Source of the DNA: Seison nebaliae
Taxonomy: Eukaryota
Length of the DNA: 64,000 bases
Reading direction: 5' to 3'
Assembly: GCA_023231475.1 (NCBI GenBank)
Contig: JALJEE010002128.1
Span: 1-64,000 of the forward strand
Part shown: piece after piece, positions 49,730-61,500 of the stretch
Layout of the letters: each line of letters opens with the position of its first letter
Position numbering within the stretch: the stretch's first letter is position 1
The notes under the pieces: generated by a model
The model's input: the letters and a program-made list of their open reading frames with translations, nothing else
Databases searched by the model: none
What the model was told of the DNA's origin: nothing
Made by a program: the position numbers and the translations under genes

Positions 49730-52645
49730 TCAAAATTTCATTGAATTCACTTTTGACGGTTGGAAAACGAGTGTTGTTATTTGTAAATTATCTTTACAAT
49801 TTTCATTCGATTTCTTCATTTCCATCGTCGTTGCTTTCGGTCGATATGTGAATAAAGGAGACAAAGTGGTATCATCAATTTTCTTCTCAATCGGATTCTT
49901 ATTTTCGATATTTGTCGAACTAACAACATTCTCCAACTTCTTCTTTCTATTTTGGCATATTTTCACTCCTTCTTCCACGTCCGATTTATTGTTTTTTAAT
50001 GAAATTTCTTCCGACTTTTTATCTATTTTAATAATTTTTAAACCGAATTCCTTCGATTTTTTGGTATCGTTTCGAACGGTTTTGAAAACGGGTTTTTCCT
50101 TTAGCGGTTCTGTGATCGTTGTTGAAATAGTATTTTTATCTTTTTTATCTTTATTACAGTTCATTATTTTATCACCAAATGTTTCATTAGAATTTTTATT
50201 TATATCCAATTTTCTTTTTTCTATGTGACTATTCGATTTCGATTTTTTCTTTATAGTTTTCTTCCAATTTCTTTTATCCAAATTCTTTTTAGAGTTATTC
50301 AAATTTTTCCTAAATTTCTTAGAAAATGTTTGTGATTGAATTGATTTCTGTTTTGTTCTTATAGAAATGCTGATGTTTCGATGGAATTGTTTCCAATTAT
50401 CTGATCGTTTCGATTTGTACATTTGCTTCAACTGTTTGAATGTCGGTTTAACGGAAATGGATAACTTTTTGGTTTTGAATAAAAAAAAGAATTTAACGAA
50501 ATTTTTTTCGAAAAATATTTTTTTTTCTTCATTATCCTCAAGAGATTCATTTGCAGTTGTTGAGTCGTTCTCGTGTTCGATGGAGAATTGCATATGATGA
50601 AAGATAAATTTCCATAAATCGTTTGTGTCAAAGATTAAATGATGAGATTTTTGTAATTGAGTCAAATTATAAAAATTGAATTGTTTCATAGAAAAAGGAA
50701 GATTTTTAGGATGGGTAGTAAGGAAATGATGAACGTATTGTCTGGACGTGAATGAAGTGTGTGAGCAGATTGTACACGAATAACAACTCTCTTTGGTGAT
50801 GTATTGGAGAATGTTATCTCGAATAATTTCAAGTTTGTTGTTGGGTTGAAGGAAGATGTAATGAATGAAATCGTATGAATAAATATTTTCTTCCTTTATT
50901 TCTATGTCTGTCGATTTTAAATTTATAAGGAAAATCTGATCCAAATCGACTTTTATTCGATGATCTTTCAATCCCGTCGTGTCGTTATGAGAGAGATATC
51001 GATGTAGCAGAATATCAGCTTTGGTGAAAGAGTAATGTGAACAAACAGAAATTTCTTCATAATAATAATCATTAGTTAATGGAAATCGCTTTAAATCTTT
51101 ACATTGATAAACATTCTGATTATATCGATCGAGTAATTGTTGGAGTAAATTTCTGGTCAATTCGTCTTCACATTTCAAATGATCTCGTACATCTGATAAT
51201 TGTGGTTGCATATCATTCTCATGAAATAATTGGAGATGATGAATGAATGAGATGAGAGTGTTGAATCGATAAGATTTGGATGATTTCGTGAGACATTGTT
51301 GGCAAACATATGCCGGTTCACCGAAATGTCGAAATAAATGTTCTCGAAATTTATATCTGGAGAATGGATAATATGGGGAAATGCCATGAAAACATATGGG
51401 ACAAATTCGTTTATTCATATCTGTCATGTCATCATGCATTTCTAATCGATGAAGGAGAGCGTCAGCTCGATATGAAAAGAAATTAGGATTGGAATCATCT
51501 TTTTCTGAATTTAACGATAATTTTCGTTTCAATGTGCAAATGTTACAGGTGTAGAGATAATTGGATGGTGGCATTGAGGGGAGACAAAATTGAGATTCGA
51601 TATTCGAATCGAAGTTCTCATTCGATCTATAAATTTCCACTCGACCATTCTTCAAATTGAAAAAATTCAACAACGAAACTAAATTGAGAGAAGAATTTTC
51701 TAAAATTTCCAGTTGATGAATCGGATTAATGGAAGTTTTATCGAACAGGAAATCGATGTCATTGTTACGCATCTTCTTCTGTTCCGATCTTCCATTTGAT
51801 ATATGGTTCTCATTATAATAATCATCTTCTTCAAGATCGTTCAGGAAACTCGAATCGGAAATTGATCGAGACGAACATAATTGTTTAGTGGAGGATGATA
51901 TTGTTGCCATCGATGAATTGGTTGTGGTAGTAGTATCGAAACGATTATATGCACGTTTTCTATTTCGGCGATTCGAATTCCGTTTTAACGGTACTGGTGG
52001 ACGTGGTGTCTCTATCATCACTTCACCCGGTTCCGGTTTTAAGGATCGATTTATTGTTACTGGTGGTGGTGATATGAATGTTACAACTTGAGAATTGACA
52101 ATTTCCTGCGATCGAATATCGGATTGATGAATCGGTTCATGGTTGGGACGATGTAGTCGTATGTTTGATGATTTATTAATAATTTGATGATTTGGTTTTT
52201 TCGATTCTTCTTTCCTTCTCATAATTATTTCTTCCACTAACATTACGATCCACATTGGCATTTCATTTTTCGATAACAAATCCTCCAGATGATTAATGTT
52301 GGAGGGATCAGTCCAGAAATTCTTTTTACATATTAATTGGAAAATGACGGATTGTTGTAAGATCTCTTCGATTAGATATGTAAACTTCCAAAGACAAGTA
52401 TGAAGTAATGAGAGATCGAACATGTCCTCCCGTTCTTTCCACAAACCATTCAGCAAATCATCCAAATCTAAAAATTGGAAATTAGAAAATTTAAAAAAAA
52501 TTTTTGAAAGAAATTGAAGAATTTTAGTTTTTATTATTGTGAGATAAGTTTGTTAATTGAAAATCACAACTGTTTATGAGAGAAAAAGAAACTAACGGAA
52601 ATATACTTGTTGTCTTGGTGTACGTGCTGGAGGACGATTACTCAT
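49730..52645 (-). CDS. C2H2 zinc-finger protein (2 exons: 52645-52597, 52467-49730)
   Basis: Spaced C2H2-type fingers (YTCNIC...HRLEMH; ICPIC...EHLFRH; YVCQQC...HHLQLFH; YSCTIC...HHFLTTH) and a Lys-rich C-terminus. A short first exon (MSNRPPARTPRQQVYF) joins through a phase-1 GTTAGT..TAG intron. Confidence 0.75.
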
Positions 52646-53566
52646 CGCTCTTCATACGAATATTCCAATAAATGATTTTCAAAAACAAGATAAATAAGAA
52701 TTTTCTACGTTTGAAAAAAAGAATATTATAGTCCTATACAAATTATCTTATCTCTTCACTATGACTCTGACTTGGTAAATGTAGAAAGAACTTAAATAGA
52801 CAATTAAAAATAAAAAAGACCAGATAATGAAAAAGTGGAGATATAAAAACGTAAAATTAATTTAAAAAGAAAATTGTAATGGAATGATAATTATACAACT
52901 TCATATATACCTAATAAACAACAACAACCGACAATATCCCTCTATGGAAAATGAGCAGGAGGGAAATATTCGACTTCTTTCCTCAAATCGTCACCATTAT
53001 CATTAAATGGTTTCTACCCAATTCGATTGACAAGCCAATGACACCCGCAATCAGTTCTGTACGATAATCGAGCATCTACCTTATAATATTAGTAAATTAT
53101 ATGCACAAGATGAAGGAGACGATGATTATTTGGGGAAAAAATTCTTCAAATTTTCAAAAGTTAAGCTTCAATTATTTCTTTTCACTCTTAACATACAACT
53201 CCTCTATCCCACTCCCCAAAATAACCGAACTCGGTAACTTACAATCTTATTGTTAATTTCGAACGAGACCATGTTACTCTATCGATCCTCTACGTCTCTC
53301 AAATTTCTGATTAATAATTCAATTAATATTACTATATAAAAAATTTTTAAAAGAATCTTTTTTCCTTCTTGGTTCCCGATAATCGTAAAACGGAATTGAC
53401 TGAATTAATAATAAAAAATTTTAGTACGTTAAGTTCCCGGGTAAATTATAAATGGTTTTCGTCGCTCAAAATGTTTAATGGATTTTCGTAAATGTTTACA
53501 GGTGAATCTTAAGCTTATTGATATTTTGAAGAATTGGTATTTTTATGAACTTATCAAATTTGAGTA

Positions 53567-54539
53567 ATGAAGTTGAATGAGAAAGAAGGAAGAATTATTA
53601 GTCTTTCAAAGAAAGCTGATTTGGAGATAAAATTATTGAATGATGTATTGAAACCGCTAGAGAACGAAAGTAAACTAAATCAAATGCAATATGATACTTA
53701 CATGAACGAAACGGTTCATGGGCTACTCGAATTGGAAACGACGATCAACCAATTAACGGACGCGTGTCAATTAATTGTTATTAAAATAATAAATTTTTTT
53801 CCCAAAATATTTTCTTCCAAATCTAACTTTTGAAGAAGGATCAGGAGAATTACAATTCAACCATTTTAAACATAATCGACAAATCGATAGAGAAAGGCAA
53901 TCGAACATTACAAATTGGCAGATCGATATTAAGATCGTGTAATGATTCTTATCTGAAACAATATGAACGTGATTCCATCCACTCGACGAAAGAGAAGACG
54001 AAATATATATGTAATAGTTTTCTATTTTCTTTTTTCTCCTTTTCTATCTGTGTATTTGAGTGGAAGAAAAAAACTGTCAATCCCAAATGGATTATGTTCG
54101 CGAAGAAAAAGAACAGCAGACAAATGATAAGTTGATGATGAAGGAAGTGGAAGAAGAGAATCTGATACAACAAAGAAAGCGATTAACAGAAGTCAAACAA
54201 ATAGAAGAAGATATGAAAGATCTGAATCATATTAACAACACGATACATGATGAAATGAATTCACAGAGACATATTATCAACAATCTAAACAGTGCAACTG
54301 TAGGTTGCATCGATGCATTAAAGAAAAGCAATGTTAATTTAAGAGAAGCCTTAAAATTGAAAAATAGTGTATTGCCGGTGGTGGGCGCTTGTGCTGGGGC
54401 TTTCGTACTAGGACCTATCGGATTGATCGTTGGTGCGAAAGTAGCGGCAGCTTCAAGTGTAGCTGGTGGAGTAGCCGGATATTTAGGTGGTTCGATGGCG
54501 AAGAAACAATTGAAGGAGAGCAAAGAAAAACCGGAATAA
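53567..54539 (+). CDS. STX17: Syntaxin-17-like SNARE, 3 exons
   Basis: A SNARE heptad (IEEDMKDLNHI...SQRHIINNL) is followed by the STX17-type Gly-rich double-TM hairpin LPVVGACAGAFVLGPIGLIVGAKVAAASSVAGGVAGYLGG and a basic tail. Confidence 0.85.
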
Positions 54540-54554
54540 GTAAATTTTATTAAA

Positions 54555-57314
54555 CTAGAATTCAAAAAATATGAGTGGAAGGAACACCATCATGATAAAT
54601 TGGTAGAATCTCATGCGAATAATTGTGGTGCCAGAAATTAAACTATATTTATCTCTTGGTGGTGCGCAAGCATTCTGAGTTTTCTTCAAACTTATTTTTT
54701 CCTTATTTGAGAAGAATAAATTATCTTTCTCTGTAAAATGAATTGAATTTCTAAAACTATAAATTAAATTTTAACCTTCCACTTCCTTAAGGAACACGTC
54801 GTTTACATAAATTTCTGTAATTGAATTACTCTTGATGTCTTTAACGTAGAAATTGGTTTGATTCTTGGTAATATTGAGGTTGAATATAATTCCGTTATAT
54901 TGAATTCCTAGAGAAATATAAGTAGATAAGTTAATTTAAGAATTTTACCGTTAAGTTTCAATTCAGTTGTGTTGAAGTATGGTTGTCGATAAGTATTGAT
55001 ATTTAGTGCTGTACTATTTAATTTAATGCCACCGAATCCGGCATAAAATATTTGAAGGAACGACGCCATTGCACCAACATTATTTGTGACAGTTGTTCCG
55101 TTGTCCAATGAATAAGTCCACAACTTGTTTGTTTGGAGAATTAATAATGGTGATTGTATTATGAAATAATGTAACTCGATAAGGATTGGAAGCTAAGAAT
55201 CCTTTCATTGAAACCATCATAATATCGTCATAGGAAACGTTAGTAATGGGACGAATTCGTAATTCATTAATGAGTAACATACTAAAAACATTAGGCTGCG
55301 CTTGTGAGCTAGTACAGAAGTATGTATAAGAGACATCTCTAGCGTCTTGTAATCGTTCAACATTCTCCATATTCATCGGATAACTGTACATACTGCCACC
55401 GCTAAATTTAAACAATTGTGCTATATGTGGAATAAGAAAATTAATTTACAATTTTAATTCAAACTGAAAATTGAAGGATCTTGAGGATGGAAAATCTTGA
55501 ATCGATAATCATATGGCAACTTTTCATAATTCACTTTGTTCAACCACTTTTGTGCACTTTTCACAATGAAAAAATTCAGTTAATAATAATTTAATTTAAA
55601 AAATTAACATGAAATTATCACTCTTCATATTCATTTCACATGTCAACCAATTGTAGGTATTTATGGCCATAATGAAAGCGAAATTGATAAATGCATCGTT
55701 ATCCACCAAATCACCAGTTGAATTCCAATTATGAACATCTGAAATAAATTAAATAGAAATGAATTGGTAATAATCTATTCAACGAACTATTCACATTATA
55801 AAAGTGATCGGAGAACTGAGTGAGATTCCATTGATACTGACAAATCAATTTGAGAATCGAAACAATTTTACGACAATTTGTTCTCAGACATTCTTCCGTC
55901 GGTATCGCTGATAAATAATTCCTTACAGCTGACGTAAATGCGGCATTTGTATAAAGGAATAATTGTGGATTCGAGATCCGATTATCAGATACATCATGTC
56001 CACTCATCGTTGATTCGTGTGCTAGATATGTGGTCTGAGTTGTCGTACCCGTAATCGATTCGACATTCGACCATCCTGTTTCTAATCGATAATCGATAAT
56101 TTGTCTGGCATATTGATCATTAATCAGATTGACGTATGGAAATATCCACATTTCCGTGTCCCAAGTTCGATGATGTTTCATTTGAAGTGAAGGATTGGCT
56201 GACAAGAAATAGATTCCATAATTCACTTTCACCGTATTATCGAATATGATATCTGGAATAAATGATGATAATATATAATATTTTGATGATTCGATCGCTT
56301 GTTCGATTCGATCAAGTTTTTCCAATCGTTCGTCCGGTAACGAATGAGAATATTTCATCGAAATACTCTTATCATCATATTCATTCGACCATCGTTCAAC
56401 ATGATTACTTAACACATAATCATGTAATGATTCATCTTTCAATAATGTTGAAACTGGAACATGTTAAATGGTAATTCTTTTTAATTTTAATGATTTAAGC
56501 GAAAACCTTCATCGAATTCTCTTATCGCTTTATTCTTCACGTAACCGATTGTTGAGAAAAGATCATATTGTTTTTTATCAGTCCGAAGTTGAATTTGAGT
56601 GGGAAGACTGTTGGCAACCATGAAGGCTCTCTGTTTGACCACATTTGGCCATTCAGACACTCGACTCATAAAAGAATATCTGAAAATTGGAAATCTCTCT
56701 CAAATACTTCAATAAAAATATTAACAAATGATTACCATATTTATAGACTTCCGCTTTTGTGATTAGATCTTCTGAGGCATTATATCGATCATCAATATTG
56801 ATAGTTACATTATTTCCTGTTTAATAAAATTTGGATTACGAAATTTACGAAGAAATTAACCCGTTTTTTTAAAAAATCGGAGTTGGGTGATAAAAGTTTG
56901 AATGTAGAACCGATGGACATAATCAATTTGTTCTATTCGAACTTCATCATTTTCATAGATAGAGTAATGAGTCACTTGTGGGAGAGTTTGTTCAATTATT
57001 TTACATTAAATTGAAAGAAACCGTTAGAAAAATGAAATTTCTCATATATTTTCGTCACATTCTCGATAACGAATTGATGATAAGTTGGAAAAAGGACCAT
57101 ATGGGAATCGGCTAAAAATATTTTAGCATAATTCTATTTTATGGATAGAAGATTTCTAAGAACATTTGTATCCGTTGAAGAAACCATTTAGGTAGACTTT
57201 CCCAAAATTATCGTTATCCATTGGGGCGAATAGATAACCATTGCCTAGATAATTGGCCCAACTAAACCCGAACAGGTTAACGATCCATATTAAATAAATA
57301 TTCGACCAATTCAT
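54555..57314 (-). CDS. Glycoside hydrolase family 65-like protein (PGGHG/ATHL1-like), secreted, hydrophobic C-terminus, multi-exon
   Basis: Signal peptide then YLGNGYL; IESSKYYILSS; WDTEMWIFP; ESTMSGHDV; DNDAFIN; GAMASFLQIFYAGFGGIKL. The last exon ends ...FYQFIMMVFLPLIFFEF*. Confidence 0.75.
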
Positions 57315-58530
57315 TCTTACAATTATTGCTAGTGTACTACCAAAAAATGATTGTTCAGTTTCCAATTGTAGAATTTACTTGTGTACATTACGAGAAGGGT
57401 GTACAAACCGGATGAGTCAAGGTGAAAATTCGTTTATTTATCTCATCTTTTACTTTACCCTCAAAATTAAACTACCCGAATCTATTATTTATTCATTATT
57501 GAATATATATATACTATAAACACCTACTTGAAGTTCGGTAACAATTTAAGAATTTTTAAACTTTTAATGGAAATTTTCATTTTTTGTTCTCGCAATTCTT
57601 TCAAATTAACATTTTCTACATGTTTTTCGTTTGAAATTTTAAAGTTCATTATCATAATCGACTAACAATTGTAAAGAATTTAATTTTAGAATACAAACTA
57701 CCAAAAAAATAGGAAGATATAACGAATTAAACGATAAAAGGATTTAAATTTATTATATAATATCAAGAAGGGAAAATAATAATAATAATAATAATTATAA
57801 TAATAATATTGATTATGATGATTGATGATTGATGATAATAGAATCGTATTAATTATTCTCAAATAAATTTGAATTAGAAAAAAAAGGAGTATAATTGAAT
57901 TAAAATTAAATACAATAAAATGAATTGATGTCATTATATAATTCTCAACGGAGCGGAAATAGAAGGGGATTTGGAAAAAGAATCAATTTTATCTAAATAA
58001 CAAGAAGAAGAGTAATTGAAAATGTTTCTACCGAGTAAGTTCGGGAAAGGAGGAGAAGGAGGAGAATGAGGAAAGTCATTAAAAGAGAGATAGAAAGGAA
58101 AAGAAAACCCAAAGAATCAATTCGAATTAGAGAAGTTGGGATTGAAGAAGTGGAAAAAATCAGATGAATGATTCGTATCATTTGGTGGGTAAACAAAGGG
58201 GAGAGAGGAATGAAATATATGTGGCAGTTTGACGTATTTTCGGAATAAGTAAATGGAGTAAATGTGTCTATGGAAATCATTCATATCTTTAATCTCAATA
58301 AGTTTTCGTTTTGGTCATTGGAAAGAAATTATTTGAAGGAAAAATTTTCAACGAGAAGATGTATCCAAACGATGACTGGGACAATAAAAAGAAGATGTTT
58401 CGTTTAAGAATCTCGATGTTAATAAGAATCTAAATTGATAAGAAATGAATTTGAGATTGAGGAAAATTAGAAGAATAATTATAGTTTAATAATACTGCAT
58501 CGAATCGTCAAATGTTTCTCCTCCACAACT

Positions 58531-61500
58531 TTAAGTGTTGTTGGGAATTCCGTTAAGAATCTTCCTCGGATTGACTGGTTTTCTCTTGTTGTTACCGCCA
58601 ACTGTATTATCTGTCGACGTGTAATTCATATAATTGGTGAGAGTATCGTTGGTGGTGGGATTCTGAGAGAGATTGGTAGAATTGGATAAGAAAGAGAATG
58701 GTAATTGTTTCTCTGGTTCAGCGGTTGGTGATTGATGATAATCGGAGAAATTAAAATTATTCTCATTTTCTATATTCATCGTATTCTCATTCTTCTCATC
58801 GTCCATTTCATCAATTCCATCGATTCCATCATCTTCATCATCATTCAATTGATCGTTATCAGGAACGGTTGTGAAATGATGATCATAATTATTATTCTCC
58901 ATTTCCTGATCATATAAGACGGATGTGTTGGAATAAGATCGATTGTCATTCATGTCGTTATTATTCTCGTTATTCACGTCGACATCGTGTCCTGTCGAAC
59001 AATAACTACCAGCTCCTCCACCATCCGAATTATCATCACTTGGATTAAGAGAAATATCTTCGTTATTCGCTTGCAAGTCACGTTTAATTTGAGCGTAGTT
59101 CGGAGACGAACTAGTAGATGTTCTGTTTGAAGAATTCTTGAGCACTTCGAGATATGAGCAAAGATTCCTAATTCTGGATACGTTGTCCAACTCAAAATTG
59201 AGAGCTGTCGAAGAGAAAGTGGTAGATGCAGTGGCTGTCGGACCATTAGATGTTCCGGTTGCGAATAAATCATTATTAGAGATGGTGGAGATGATGGAAG
59301 ATGATGAAGGCGTTTCAGATGCTGTCGGAATATTTTTCGCTGATCGAGATCGATGATTATGAAACCAGATTTGAATTGTCTTCGAATTCAAATTTAATTC
59401 ACTAGCCAACTTGTGCATAGTTTCTGCTGATGGTCTTGGATTTCTTTTAAACATTTCTTGTAAAGCAGTCGCTTGATGTGGCAAAAAATGAACACGTCGT
59501 TTCGTTGTCGATGTCACCGTTGATGATGATGATGTGATGGTTGGAGTTTGATTGATTGAACTGAATAAAGATGTATTGTTGTTGATTGATGATGATATTG
59601 TTGTTGTTGTTGTTGTGATGGAATTGGATGAAGGATCGATAGATGTCAAATAATTGGATTGTGTGAAAATGGATGCTAATGTCGCTTTCTGATCATTATT
59701 TGATCGATATCGATTATTATTAGCTATTAATCGATTGATAAGACATCGATATTTCATTCTCATATCTAACATCATATTTTCTGCATTAATCGTCGATTCC
59801 CCATCGATTTCACTTGCCGATGTTGGAGATGATGATGCATTTGATGATGGTGATGATAATGACTTCATTGACGGTTGAACAGCGTTACGGAAACATTCGA
59901 TCAATTCATCTGTAGGTTTTCCAAACAATTGAATCATTTTCTCATTTCGATTCCAATTCTTCACCAATTGAATGTTCATGTCCATCGTTTGCCAAACAAT
60001 CATTTTCAAATAAGCTTCCTTCGCCAATTTGGTGAGATGGAGCCATTGCAATTGATGATCAACATGATCACTACCATTCTCACGTACTTGAGGAATTGCA
60101 TTTAATAAACTATCACTCGTCTCCGAATTGACTCCCAAAACAACAGAACCGAATAATGGAATTGAAATCGAATTATTCATCAACAATTCATTCACTTCTT
60201 TCGTTAATTCACTGATGTTAATATAAAAGTTGTTCGTAGTGATATTCATAACGATGAATCGAGAATTCTTCTCATAAATCATCTGGAAAATGGCATCATC
60301 ATTCGTCGTCGTCGTCGATGATGGTGTGGTAAGTGATGATGGTAGAATAAATGATTCTTTTTTCATCTCATTCGAACATATCTCGTGCATCAACAAATCT
60401 TCTGTATCATCATCATTATTACCGATAATATTATTATTATTATTAATACTGTTGTTGTTGTTGTTGTTGTTGTTGATCACGCTGTTATTGTTGTTAATGA
60501 TATCGGTTGATTTTAATAAAGATGATTGATTAAGGAGATGTGAAGTTAATACATTAGTGGCGGTGGTTGGAGAGAATGTTGATGATAATTCTGGGAATTG
60601 GAAATTATTCAACGATTTATTTTCACCAATCATATGATTGGAAATTGATGAATTTGATGATGGAAGTTTCTTATTATTATTAAATGATTTCTGTCGAAGA
60701 ATCTCCAGAGAATTATTCGAAAACGTATTCGATGATGTCGTATTTTGCGCTTGCTGTTGTTGTTGTTGTTGTTGTTGGTTATTGTTCGTTTGTGTTTGAT
60801 GAGACAATTGTGGGAGATATAGATCGATATTGTCCAAGAATAATTTCATTCGAATAAACGGTTCTTTTCCTTTCGTTGTCAATTGACTCCAACCTTTTGG
60901 ACGTGCTAATAAATCGGAGACACTACCTTGTGATAGACCGAGAATATTCTCTCCAAATACTTTCTGAGTAATCGAATGACGATTAAGAATATTACGAATT
61001 TCTGATGCCAATTCCGATGTATTAATATCCGAATATTTCTTCGTTAATTCATCATCGATTGGCGGAACTAATAAATTATATTGTGATTGTTGATTTTTAT
61101 GTGATACACATGAAACACCCGAACCACCACCAGTAAATGACGGACGATTAATTGTCGACGAGTATGATTGATTCATTGTAATAATGTTGTTGTTATTATT
61201 GTTGTTGTTGTTTGTTGTCGAGAGATTATCATAAAATTGTTCAGATTTGTTTGGATTATTTAATAATAAATTTTGAATACATCTTTTCTTTATCGACGCG
61301 GAATTATCATTATTATTGTTATTATTGTTGTTATTAGTGACGGTGATATCATTAAATGCATTTGTTGATGATGCGATAGATGATGAAGGATTTGAAAGTA
61401 TTTTATGTTTTCCTTGTTTCATTTCATTGAATAATTCATAATCTTGTGGTTCATCTTTCACTAAATTACTATTATTATTATTATTATTATGATTATTATT

